Shown: in pieces, positions 36,566-45,890 of the stretch
How positions within the stretch are numbered: position 1 is the stretch's first letter
Layout of the letters: every line of letters begins with the position of its first letter
Source of the DNA: a virus
Taxonomy: Duplodnaviria; Caudoviricetes
Virus record (IMG/VR): IMGVR_UViG_3300048586_000904
Location: 1 to 53,548 of that record
Length of the DNA: 53,548 nt
Direction: 5' to 3' (one strand)
Translations under genes and position numbers: made by a program
Notes under the pieces: generated by a model
What the model saw: only the letters and a program-made list of their open reading frames with translations
Database searches by the model: none
Told to the model about the DNA's origin: nothing

Positions 36566-37600
36566 TCAGTCACCTTGAGGTTGGATTTTGAATTGACATT
36601 GCCAACCCTTATTGTCGTCAGTGAGTTCGATCGGCTCACCATCAATGTCGAAGAATTGCTGCAACGACCTATTCAGCAACTCTCGTCGCTTCCGATTCTT
36701 TCGGCAAGCACTCGGCGAAAGCCAAGTCATACTGCCATGTTCGCGAGCAAACTGAAAAAGCAGTTCCCACTGTTTGCTTGGCTTACCGTTTCGAGAATCG
36801 ACTAGTCCCAATTGCGAGTAGGTCAACACTTGTCGCTGGTCTCGGATGGTGACGCTGATCTTCTCGGTGTCGCTAAAACGCATCTCCACATCGCTCCAGC
36901 GGCTACCACTTGGAGTTGGGAATCGACCAGCCACGGTTTTCGCCGGTGGCATCAGTCGGTCACGGAAAGCAACCAACTGCTGTCGCGCCCATGGCGACAG
37001 GTACCACTCGCCATCATCGCTGAGCAACAACGACTGATCGAGAGGAACCACCAGAGAGCCTCTCGAGTCCAACATCGTCTCGTTACGACTATTCAGTATC
37101 CGTTTCGAAGTGAGAAACAACACGAATGGTCGCTGAAACTCTGCCAAGAACGCATCGATGCACCAATCAAGCCGGCGAGGATCGCTTACTTTGGCAAGGA
37201 ACAACGAGAACCCAGATCCATTTGGATTCCCGTAGTGACCAAGCCTGTATCGATACATCGGACCTCCGAGCCGTTCGAATGCCGTGGAATACCCAACTAG
37301 CGAAGCGAGCTCGGCGGCGAGCTTGCCGAAGCTGAACTCGTAGCAGACGATATCGCGTCGATCGACAGGAATGTACTCTTCGTTCTTTTCATTGTAGCCT
37401 TCGAAGACACCATCTTCGACCTCGACAATTTCCAGCCACTCGTAAGGACGACCTGGAACAGGCAGCGCCGCAGCGAGGTCTTTGATCGGCACGAGGAGTT
37501 CACGGTGCAAATCAAATGCATCGCCGAGCAACATCCGCCAGCTCAAATGTGAAGTTGCCACATCGTTTAGTTGCTCAAGTGCTTGCCAGGGCTGGCTCAT
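36566..37600 (-). CDS. Hypothetical protein with a possible C-terminal wHTH
   Basis: Likely ATG at 37600 after GAGGAGG; C-terminal KPSKQWELL...KRRELLNRSLQQFF...GWQCQF segment. Confidence 0.7.
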   Translation of the reverse strand: MSQPWQALEQLNDVATSHLSWRMLLGDAFDLHRELLVPIKDLAAALPVPGRPYEWLEIVEVEDGVFEGYNEKNEEYIPVDRRDIVCYEFSFGKLAAELASLVGYSTAFERLGGPMYRYRLGHYGNPNGSGFSLFLAKVSDPRRLDWCIDAFLAEFQRPFVLFLTSKRILNSRNETMLDSRGSLVVPLDQSLLLSDDGEWYLSPWARQQLVAFRDRLMPPAKTVAGRFPTPSGSRWSDVEMRFSDTEKISVTIRDQRQVLTYSQLGLVDSRNGKPSKQWELLFQFAREHGSMTWLSPSACRKNRKRRELLNRSLQQFFDIDGEPIELTDDNKGWQCQFKIQPQGD

Positions 37601-38762
37601 GGCGAGTCCTCCTCGGCAATTGCTTTGAGATGATGAATCCACGCTGGGTAAGCCAAGCTTCGATGGTCGCGGAAACTCTTCCACGACTGTAAATGGCGAC
37701 ATTGGGAGGACGGAGCGTAATCGCCAATTCGGTCTTTCGTCCTTCGAGTTCCATCTTGAACGTTGCCGAAATAAGGCGTCGTTCCAACCAAATGTTCTTC
37801 TTTTTCGCCTGAGCCCAGTTAAGCAGATCGTCACCCTTACGAATGGTTATCACACCATACCGATCATCGGGATCACCGAGCCACAGTTCGATCATTCGAA
37901 CGTCGGTGATGCCCTCGATGCCCCCTGGAGCCAGCGCATCAAATTCAAACTCGCGAAGCGGATCAAGTGTGTACTTGATGCCAGTCGGAAACAAGTTCTC
38001 GTTTCCAAATATATGCTTTCCTATGAGCCGGCAATACAGGGCTTTCTCCTTGCCAGTTTTGGCGTTGATTCGCAACTCCCCAAACTCACGGTTGTATATC
38101 GCGGACGCACTTTGCACAGGCCAGAACGATTGAAACCCGAAACGGCCATTCTCAACGATTCGCTGGCGTCGAAAGAGGCTACCGTGCATGATGGAGAATT
38201 CGACTTCATTGGCGTTCTCGAAAACCTCAACTCTCGTTCCTTGGGCGCGAAGACGCTCCACATGCCAGGAATCAATGTCGCGTTCCAACTGCTGAAGCGT
38301 TTCCTCTGCGGGCGTTACAAACTTTGGAGGAGTGGTTTGACTCGCTTGGAAATAATCGTACGAGCGAACACGCTTTATTCGCGATAGTGCATGGGTTTGG
38401 ACGAGCTTCTCGGGATTGGACAACCACGCGGCCGTAACGATATCTGCTGCAGAATGCTTACCACCGGGTTGGATTCCCAGAGTATGAGCAGGCATTCGGT
38501 CGAGCAACAAGTCGATGGCAACGGTATTGGCTAGTTCATCGATAAGACAGATCGCGTCTAGCAAGTCCGCTGGCGTTTCTCGATCTGCCCTGGTGATCTC
38601 ACGAATGACCCCTTGGCAATCGATCGAATCAGGAGTTTGGATCGGAACAGACCGATTAGCAAAGAAATCGGCGTAAGGGTGGAGTAGCTCGAACAGTCGT
38701 TTGGGGGCGATCGATTCAATAACACCGGGGCGCGATAAACGCGGAAGTCGAACAGCGGTCAT
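37575..38762 (-). CDS. Hypothetical protein
   Basis: About 395 aa, overlaps the downstream gene; likely ATG at 38762. Confidence 0.75.
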   Translation of the reverse strand: MTAVRLPRLSRPGVIESIAPKRLFELLHPYADFFANRSVPIQTPDSIDCQGVIREITRADRETPADLLDAICLIDELANTVAIDLLLDRMPAHTLGIQPGGKHSAADIVTAAWLSNPEKLVQTHALSRIKRVRSYDYFQASQTTPPKFVTPAEETLQQLERDIDSWHVERLRAQGTRVEVFENANEVEFSIMHGSLFRRQRIVENGRFGFQSFWPVQSASAIYNREFGELRINAKTGKEKALYCRLIGKHIFGNENLFPTGIKYTLDPLREFEFDALAPGGIEGITDVRMIELWLGDPDDRYGVITIRKGDDLLNWAQAKKKNIWLERRLISATFKMELEGRKTELAITLRPPNVAIYSRGRVSATIEAWLTQRGFIISKQLPRRTRHEPALAST

Positions 38763-39341
38763 GATGTGAACCTTGAAAATCAGTACTTCATAGCAATCCT
38801 TCATTGATCAAAACGTCAAGCGATCCAACCGACTGACGCAAACAAATGCGATTGGCAGTGGCTGGCCCACGGCATCCACCGTGCAAAATTCCTAGCGTGG
38901 GCATCCCATCCGCCAGTCCATGACCGTCGTCCTGTGTGATTCCATCCAGGCCAGCCCACTGCCAATCGCGAACGCTATCATTCACGAGTCGGTGACACGT
39001 TTGGTCACATCGAATGCAACTTGGGAAATATTTTCCATTTCATCTGCTAGCAAAACCGATTCGATAGTTCTTGCGTTTTCGTCCGTCGTTCGGGTCGTTA
39101 TTCGGGTATTCCAACAAAAGGACAATGAACTTTCGATTGCGAGTAAACTGACGGATTTCGGTCGGCCTTTGGAGGTTTGGTCGATGCGAACCGACGCAAG
39201 TGTCCAGGACTCCCAAACCTGTCGAATACCAGCGCGAACAATGGCAAGAGCAATTGGGTGACCAAACTTGTCACGAGTCGCCAAAGAGTGTAATTACTCC
39301 AATGCGAATCGCAGCGGAGGCCGTCTTCGAGGATCAGACAC

Positions 39342-40163
39342 ATGAGTACTAATTCCAAAATCGAGTGGACGGACACAACGTGGAACCCAGTTCGAGGTTG
39401 CACAAAAATCAGTGCCGGCTGCAAGCACTGCTACGCAGAAACGCTGGCAGAACGATTTCGTGGCGTCCCTGGTCATCCATTTGAGTTTGGCTTCGACCTT
39501 CGTCTGGTACCACACAAACTGTCTGAGCCATTTCATTGGTCCAAACCGCAATTGGTCTTTGTTAACTCGATGAGTGATTTGTTCCACAAAGATGTTCCAG
39601 ATGAATACATCTTTCAGGTTGCCGAGGTAATGGCGACTGCAAACTGGCACATTTACCAGGTGTTAACCAAGCGAGCCGATCGATTGCGCGAAATGTTGCA
39701 AACTAAGTTGCGATTCGCAGCAAAATTGGATCACATATGGTGGGGCACGAGTGTCGAAAACAAGAAATCAGGCGTTCCTAGAATCCGACAATTGCGAGAA
39801 GCAAAAGCAAAGATGAACTTTCTTTCCATCGAACCGCTCCTTGAAGATTTGGGAAAGCTCAACCTTAAAGGCATGCAGTGGGTAATCGTCGGTGGCGAGA
39901 GTGGGAATGGGGCCAGGCCAATGCGAGTCGAGTGGGTCACCTCGATCCGAGAACAGTGCGCGAAACAGAATGTCCCATTCTTCTTTAAACAGTGGGGAGG
40001 CGTGAGAAAATCGAAACATGGACGCGAGTTGGATGGAAGGACTTATGATGAGTACCCCAGCGCGATTCGTCAGCCCGTGCCTCCGGTTACTGTCCGCAAA
40101 GAGTTAGAGTCACGCTTGAAGTTGGCGCAACACGGAAGCCCATCAACTGTAGCGACTGCATAG
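39342..40163 (+). CDS. DUF5131 (phage Gp37/Gp68) three-Cys radical-SAM-like protein
   Basis: IEWTDTTWNPVRGCTKISAGCKHCYAE, FVNSMSDLFH, WVIVGGESG and FFFKQWGG motifs. Confidence 0.93.
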   Translation: MSTNSKIEWTDTTWNPVRGCTKISAGCKHCYAETLAERFRGVPGHPFEFGFDLRLVPHKLSEPFHWSKPQLVFVNSMSDLFHKDVPDEYIFQVAEVMATANWHIYQVLTKRADRLREMLQTKLRFAAKLDHIWWGTSVENKKSGVPRIRQLREAKAKMNFLSIEPLLEDLGKLNLKGMQWVIVGGESGNGARPMRVEWVTSIREQCAKQNVPFFFKQWGGVRKSKHGRELDGRTYDEYPSAIRQPVPPVTVRKELESRLKLAQHGSPSTVATA

Positions 40164-40181
40164 ATTGGCCACCAAAGGTTC

Positions 40182-41426
40182 TTACATCGGAAGGAACAAC
40201 CTTGGTTGCGGCGGGATGACAAGCCAATCATCTCCTCGCTTAGGTCCAGCTTTTCGTTGTTCACCGTTACCTCCGATGATCTTGATCTCCCCTTCGCGTT
40301 TAAGGTCAGCAAGTACAGCATTCAATCGCGATCCGTCTGCTGGAGTTTCGTTCGCTATAGATTTGGTCAACGTATCGACGGTAATCCGATCGCCCAATGA
40401 ACGAATTCTTGTCATTAATTGCGCAAACAATGCTTCATGCGTAGCTTCGTTAGCTGAAGTATCGAAGCGAAATAGGCTTGGCTGATTGAAATTCTCTTGA
40501 TTGAACTCGAGCATATTGAGACCGGCAAACCCCTCGTGCAAGGAGTCATTCTGATGTTTCCAATGCATTCCTTTCATCACATTGTTCGCCTGGGGATGAT
40601 TACTCAAATGCAAAAGCCAGTATCCCCAGCCTTCATGTTGAATCATGAATGGACTCACGTATTCAGCTCTGCAATTCGCTCGTATCTGTCTTAGGAAATC
40701 CATCAACAACAGTTTTCGCCAATCTCGAAAGTGACTGAATCTTGGCTTGTCTGTAAATGCATCGTCAAGGTTCACTCCAAACTTATGCGCAGCCTTGCGA
40801 AATCTTTCGTCGTCGGTCGCGTAGCTCGCCATTGACTCAACACTTATGTTCCAAATAATCTCCGCTTTCGGAAGTCGCTTCAGGATCATGTTGCAATGGT
40901 CGATGGTTGCAGCATTCCAACCGCATTGATCGAGAAAGAAGATTGCTTTGGTTGTGGATCGCGATGGGATTTTACTCAAACATCTCGGAAGAAACTCGTC
41001 AAATGCTAAGCGGTCAATGGAAATCTTTCCGCTGTTGTATTTGTCGCGATATGAAGACGCGAGAACACTTCGAGAAAGCTGCTCTATGGCGAACGGATCG
41101 CTGTCGGCAAACATAAACGTTGCATCAATGCAAAACTCTTTCGTGCGGTGTGCTGCTATCAGTTGCTCTGATTCATGGACCGCATTTAGCATCACAAATG
41201 GTGAACCAGCAACTGGAGTTCCGGTCAAAGCTGACGTGAACGAACCACCCCCAGCAAATGCATCAACAAAGTAGATAGGGATTCTTGGTATAAAGGGCTT
41301 GGCGGCCACCGTTTGAAAGTAGGCCAGAATGTAGTCCCGCAAGATATCGAGCTTAACCTGACTATGGATACCACAAACCGGCGGTAGGCCATCCTTCCAA
41401 GAAAACGCATCTTTAGATTTGACCAT
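40182..41426 (-). CDS. tcmP: Three-Cys-motif partner protein (SAM-dependent methyltransferase fold)
   Basis: HSQVKLDILRDY, FVDAFAGGG, GSP and FFLDQCG motifs; adjacent to DUF5131; ATG at 41426 after GGAGG. Confidence 0.85.
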   Translation of the reverse strand: MVKSKDAFSWKDGLPPVCGIHSQVKLDILRDYILAYFQTVAAKPFIPRIPIYFVDAFAGGGSFTSALTGTPVAGSPFVMLNAVHESEQLIAAHRTKEFCIDATFMFADSDPFAIEQLSRSVLASSYRDKYNSGKISIDRLAFDEFLPRCLSKIPSRSTTKAIFFLDQCGWNAATIDHCNMILKRLPKAEIIWNISVESMASYATDDERFRKAAHKFGVNLDDAFTDKPRFSHFRDWRKLLLMDFLRQIRANCRAEYVSPFMIQHEGWGYWLLHLSNHPQANNVMKGMHWKHQNDSLHEGFAGLNMLEFNQENFNQPSLFRFDTSANEATHEALFAQLMTRIRSLGDRITVDTLTKSIANETPADGSRLNAVLADLKREGEIKIIGGNGEQRKAGPKRGDDWLVIPPQPRLFLPM

Positions 41427-41558
41427 TGTTGCCTCCGAGCATGTTAGACCCCATTTGTTTGGGCTCATTGTATGCGTCCAAATGATAGCAGTCTAGCGAT
41501 TACCAGCGTCCGCATGATCTGCCCCAGCCGCATTCGCAATTCGCATCAGCCCCATGGT

Positions 41559-42809
41559 TCAAACTCGCTCCAACCGGGCGTTAACCTGATCGTAGCGGTA
41601 CTTGCTAATACTGCCATCTTTAATCCTCTCGACAACTTCTTCGACCACGGGCAATGGAACAAGAAACCACTCCCGAGGTTGAACCTTTCCGCCAAATCGA
41701 TCGGCCAGAGCGAGGTCGATGCGAGCACGTGCGAGGAACTTGTGGAGCAGCGACTCGAACGCTTTGCAGTTGATGTTCGCCAAGCGATAGACAGCAACCA
41801 ACTCCACTGCGGCGAAGAGATACGTCGTTTCCTTCCTAGCGTTCGATACACGCTTCTCGGGATCGCCGGTGGTGAGCCCGATCTTGTGTAGCAGCTCGCG
41901 GTTCTCTTTCACGAATGGATTGTCGGAGAGACTTCGTGCCACGTAGATCGCGCCAGATTCGCAGTCGCCGTCTTCCAAGACATTGGAGAAGAGTGGGCCT
42001 AGGTCGCTGAAATCTTCTTCAGTCTCGGGTTGTTGCGGTACGATTCGACGGCTGTTTTCGTCTTTGTTCAGAGCTCGTCGCAATGAACGAAGTAATAAGT
42101 CTGACTCGGTACCATTGTCGAAGATGACTCGTAGGCGTCGATCACGTTCGCCGTGTTCAGGAGTGAACCACTCGCCTGTCTCTGCGACCAGTGCCTTCTG
42201 GCCATCCACGATAAACCAGTCACCCTTGCGTATTTGAGACCGACTACTGGTCTTGAACAACTCGGTCGATTGACGGCCGGTTTCGAGATCCGCTTGCACC
42301 GCTTCAAAGTCAAGTCGAAAAGCATCGAAGTCTTCACAGGGTTTTCGCTGAGCTACTTCTTCTGGAGCATTTCGCTCGGCATTGCGTTCGGCTGCCGAAC
42401 GAACGTGCTTCATCGTTGTGATGTCATTATCGGAAGGACTAACGCCAAGTGCTTCCAAAAGTTCGTCGTCGCTATCCAGTTCGTACTCTTCGGAGGGTTC
42501 GTAGACGCGATCTGTCAGGATTCCGTCGGTATCCATGGGCTTTAGTAGATCCAAGCATTCAGCGCTTGCTCTAATCCGATCCAAACGGACTGCGTAGAGA
42601 CGTTCAAAGATATCACGTCCTTCACCGTGCTGAGGAAGCCGATCGTGCTCTCGATAGAACCGCTGAATGTCTTCGAACCCTGCGATGATCCGTTCTTGCT
42701 TGGCCGTGTAGGTCTGATCCTGCTTGATTTCGGTCTCAACACCAAGTTCGGCCAACAATGCGTCGTCATCGTCGGTAAACGCTTCTTCTTTCGCCATTCT
42801 TTTACCCAT
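41559..42809 (-). CDS. YeeC-like GIY-YIG (T5orf172/MUG113) nuclease
   Basis: GAIYVARS, HKIGLT, FESLLHKFL and PREWF motifs. Confidence 0.85.
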   Translation of the reverse strand: MGKRMAKEEAFTDDDDALLAELGVETEIKQDQTYTAKQERIIAGFEDIQRFYREHDRLPQHGEGRDIFERLYAVRLDRIRASAECLDLLKPMDTDGILTDRVYEPSEEYELDSDDELLEALGVSPSDNDITTMKHVRSAAERNAERNAPEEVAQRKPCEDFDAFRLDFEAVQADLETGRQSTELFKTSSRSQIRKGDWFIVDGQKALVAETGEWFTPEHGERDRRLRVIFDNGTESDLLLRSLRRALNKDENSRRIVPQQPETEEDFSDLGPLFSNVLEDGDCESGAIYVARSLSDNPFVKENRELLHKIGLTTGDPEKRVSNARKETTYLFAAVELVAVYRLANINCKAFESLLHKFLARARIDLALADRFGGKVQPREWFLVPLPVVEEVVERIKDGSISKYRYDQVNARLERV

Positions 42810-44877
42810 TAGCCTTCTCCTGTTTCATTCGCGCCAGGAACGCAATGCCCTCTGCCATGCACCGCTCCCACGCATCTTGGCTGGTGATCGAAGGCAGCCG
42901 TCCGCGTTCGTTCTTGAACTTCAAGGCGCGCTTCGCAAGATCGCGAGCCTCATCGGGTGTCAGTTGAACTCGCCGGCCAGCGATCGCTGACTGGACCTGA
43001 CGCAATCGCTCTTCGTTCATCGTCTTGGCGAGAATGTTGTACGCCTCGCCGAAGGGATTGATCGAGTCGATTAGGTCGACATTCAGATCTCGAACATCGG
43101 TCACATAACGGCGAATCCCGTCAATCAACGCCGTGTTCGAAGTTGCACCACTGCCACTAGCTTTCTTGCCACCCATCTGAATCAGGTTAAGGGCTGCAAC
43201 GGCGCGCTGCCGAATGGCCTCGTGGTCTTGCTCAGACAAGTCGGGGTACTTGTCACGAATAATCTTGCCCATTCGCTGCTGAGTTGTTTCCTGAGGTGGA
43301 AGCTCGTCATTGAACAAGCCATCCTGGACGGTGCGGGTGTCTTGAACGAAGGAAGCCAAAACCTCGTTAAGGTCCTCTCGACAGATTCTGGTCGCTTCGT
43401 CACTCTCTGGTTCAACAAGCCCATTGATCTCGATCTGCACACCACCTGTCACTGGGTCCACGCCAACGTTGCAGCCGCCATGGTCGTATCCGTCACTTCC
43501 GTAGTCCAACCCAGGCTGAGGACCACTCGGAGCATTGGTGCCGTTCGGTGCGTTGGCTGGCGTCTTTGGACGGAACTCGAAACGAGGTGCGAGCACTTGT
43601 TCCATCAGCAAACTAGCGGCGATCGCTTTGAGTGTGTCGTTGACCGCCTCGGTAACAGCTTTCTCACCTGCGTCCGGCTCGGCGATCAAGTTAGTGAATC
43701 TGGCCCTTGTCTTGCCGACAGCATCGCGTGTCGCTCGACCGATGATTTGCACGATTTCAGTCAAGCTACTGCGGTAACCGATGGTCAGAGCATGTTCGCA
43801 CCAAATCCAATCGAAACCCTCTTTGGCCATTCCCAAGGCGATGATGATGTCTACGTGATCTCGATTTTCGCGACCTACCGGATCACGGAGCGCGGCTGCA
43901 ACCTTCTCGCGTTTGATCGGTTCATCGTCCACGAGGTCCGCAATTCGCAGAGTTCGTCCTGTCGATGTTTTCACAAGCTGAAAACCAGTAACATCATCGG
44001 TTCCCAGCCACTCACCTAATGTCTCGAGGATGTGCTCAACTTCTTTGTGCTTGTCTTGAGTGCTTTCGCGGCTGTTAACATTTGGGATGTGAATGATCGT
44101 CTTTTCGTTCTCGTCAAGAACCTTTGGCAAATCGTCAAGGTAGCTCCCAGAATAGAAGTAGTATCCAATGTCCAACTGCTTCAGATGCTTATAGCCGCTA
44201 AGCTGTTCGTAATAAGTGTAAGTCACCGTTACAAACCGCCGCTCGTCTTCAGGCAACAGCACGGCCGCAGCGTCGCCACGGAAGTAGCTACCCGTCATGG
44301 CGATCAAGTGAGTCTTATCACGTTCGATCAATTGTCGGACAAACTCACCGAGACGATTGTCGTCACTCACCGATACGTGGTGAAACTCGTCGACGGCAAT
44401 AAGTCGATCATCAAAGGCTTCAACACCGAATTTTTCAAACGCAAAACGAAACGTGGCGTGTGTGCATACTAACAAGCGATCTTCGGAAGCCAGAAAACGC
44501 CCGAGTGCGTCAACCTTGCCACCGTCAGTGCCAGGTGCGTTGCAAAGGTTCCATTGTGGCGCGACAGTCCAGTCGGTAAAGAAACCATCTTTGGCGAGCT
44601 GAGTGTTACCAAAGCTCGCACCAATCGACTTTTCAGGAACGACCACGATCGCCTGCTTCAGGTTTTGGCGATGCAGCTTGTCGAGAGCCACGAACATGAG
44701 CGCTCGACTCTTGCCCGACGCCGGTGGCGACTTGAGTAGCAGATACTGCTCGCCACGAAACTGCCAGACGCGCTGCTGCATAGCGCGCATACCCATCGCG
44801 TTCGATGTCATGGATTGGCCACTGCCCGCGTAGCTCACGCTTACACCAGGCATCGATTTAGGTTTGGGCTGATTCAT
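42802..44877 (-). CDS. YeeB-like SF2 helicase/ATPase
   Basis: SPPASGKS, VDEFHH, MTGSYFRGD and QIIGRATRD motifs. Confidence 0.88.
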   Translation of the reverse strand: MNQPKPKSMPGVSVSYAGSGQSMTSNAMGMRAMQQRVWQFRGEQYLLLKSPPASGKSRALMFVALDKLHRQNLKQAIVVVPEKSIGASFGNTQLAKDGFFTDWTVAPQWNLCNAPGTDGGKVDALGRFLASEDRLLVCTHATFRFAFEKFGVEAFDDRLIAVDEFHHVSVSDDNRLGEFVRQLIERDKTHLIAMTGSYFRGDAAAVLLPEDERRFVTVTYTYYEQLSGYKHLKQLDIGYYFYSGSYLDDLPKVLDENEKTIIHIPNVNSRESTQDKHKEVEHILETLGEWLGTDDVTGFQLVKTSTGRTLRIADLVDDEPIKREKVAAALRDPVGRENRDHVDIIIALGMAKEGFDWIWCEHALTIGYRSSLTEIVQIIGRATRDAVGKTRARFTNLIAEPDAGEKAVTEAVNDTLKAIAASLLMEQVLAPRFEFRPKTPANAPNGTNAPSGPQPGLDYGSDGYDHGGCNVGVDPVTGGVQIEINGLVEPESDEATRICREDLNEVLASFVQDTRTVQDGLFNDELPPQETTQQRMGKIIRDKYPDLSEQDHEAIRQRAVAALNLIQMGGKKASGSGATSNTALIDGIRRYVTDVRDLNVDLIDSINPFGEAYNILAKTMNEERLRQVQSAIAGRRVQLTPDEARDLAKRALKFKNERGRLPSITSQDAWERCMAEGIAFLARMKQEKANG

Positions 44878-45890
44878 CAGGAGCTCTCTCGATCGTTCTT
44901 TTTGTTCCGTTTTAGCTCTTGCTCAATATTTTCAATCTCGCGTAGATCTTCCGAATCAGCTGCAGCGGCCTCGGTGATCCGGCGCTGAGCATCGAATGCT
45001 TCGTAGCGTTCGTACGCAATCCGAGTCATATCCTCGCGGCTTACTTTTCCAGGGCCATCTAATACTGGCTTGTCATTAAAACGAAGTAAGTCGTCCACGT
45101 TCTTTCGCCAGAACTCCAGCGTCAGATCCTTACGCTGCTTAACCCGTAGTTCGGCCTGCTCGAGGAAGATGACAACCAAGCGATTCAGCGTGTCGATCTC
45201 ATCCTCGGTCAAATAGTTCTTGGCTATGATTACATCGTGCTTACGAACTCGACTGCCACTCCAATTCGTCAGCGACATGTTCGCCTCATCTGGATTAGCA
45301 CGGCTGACAATGATTTCAGCCGCTGTTTGGCCAGTCGCCGCGAAGTGCAGCTTGTTCTGAACCTCGGCAAAGAAAATCTGCGTGGAGGAATCGTCGGCCG
45401 CGTAGTCGCTGCTGAGCGCAAACAGCTCCCGGACTTTTTGGTAGAAACGCTTCTCGGAGGCTCGAATCTCGCGAATGCGTGCCAGCAGCTCGTCGAAGTA
45501 ATCCCAGCCCTTCGGGTCTTTCAGTCGCTGGTCATCCATCACGAATCCCTTGACCAGGAATTCCCGCAGGTGCGTCGTGGCCCACTGGCGAAACTGCGTG
45601 CCACGCGGGGAGCGAACTCGATAGCCAATCGCCAGGATCAGGTCCAAATTGTAGAGTTTTGTCGAGTATTTCTTGCCGTCTGCGGCAGTTGTCAAGGATT
45701 CCTTGACAACTGAAACCTCTCGTAACTCCCCCTCTTCCAGGATGTTCTTGGCGTGTAGGGATACATTCTGCTTAGAGGTTTGAAACAGCTCGGCAATCTC
45801 AAGCTGGGTCAACCAGATGGTTCCTTCCTCGACGCGCAGATGCATCTGCGTAGCGCCATCCTCCGAGGTAAACAGAATCAGCTCGCTCAT
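44877..45890 (-). CDS. RhuM-family (virulence RhuM) protein
   Basis: WLTQLEIAELF, YNLDLILAIGYRVRSPRGTQFRQWAT, IRASEKRFY and AKNYL motifs. Confidence 0.9.
   Translation of the reverse strand: MSELILFTSEDGATQMHLRVEEGTIWLTQLEIAELFQTSKQNVSLHAKNILEEGELREVSVVKESLTTAADGKKYSTKLYNLDLILAIGYRVRSPRGTQFRQWATTHLREFLVKGFVMDDQRLKDPKGWDYFDELLARIREIRASEKRFYQKVRELFALSSDYAADDSSTQIFFAEVQNKLHFAATGQTAAEIIVSRANPDEANMSLTNWSGSRVRKHDVIIAKNYLTEDEIDTLNRLVVIFLEQAELRVKQRKDLTLEFWRKNVDDLLRFNDKPVLDGPGKVSREDMTRIAYERYEAFDAQRRITEAAAADSEDLREIENIEQELKRNKKNDRESS

Noticed and set aside
38788-39340. Short ORFs in the divergent intergenic region
   Set aside because: Mutually overlapping, no motifs or clear SD; more likely promoter DNA.
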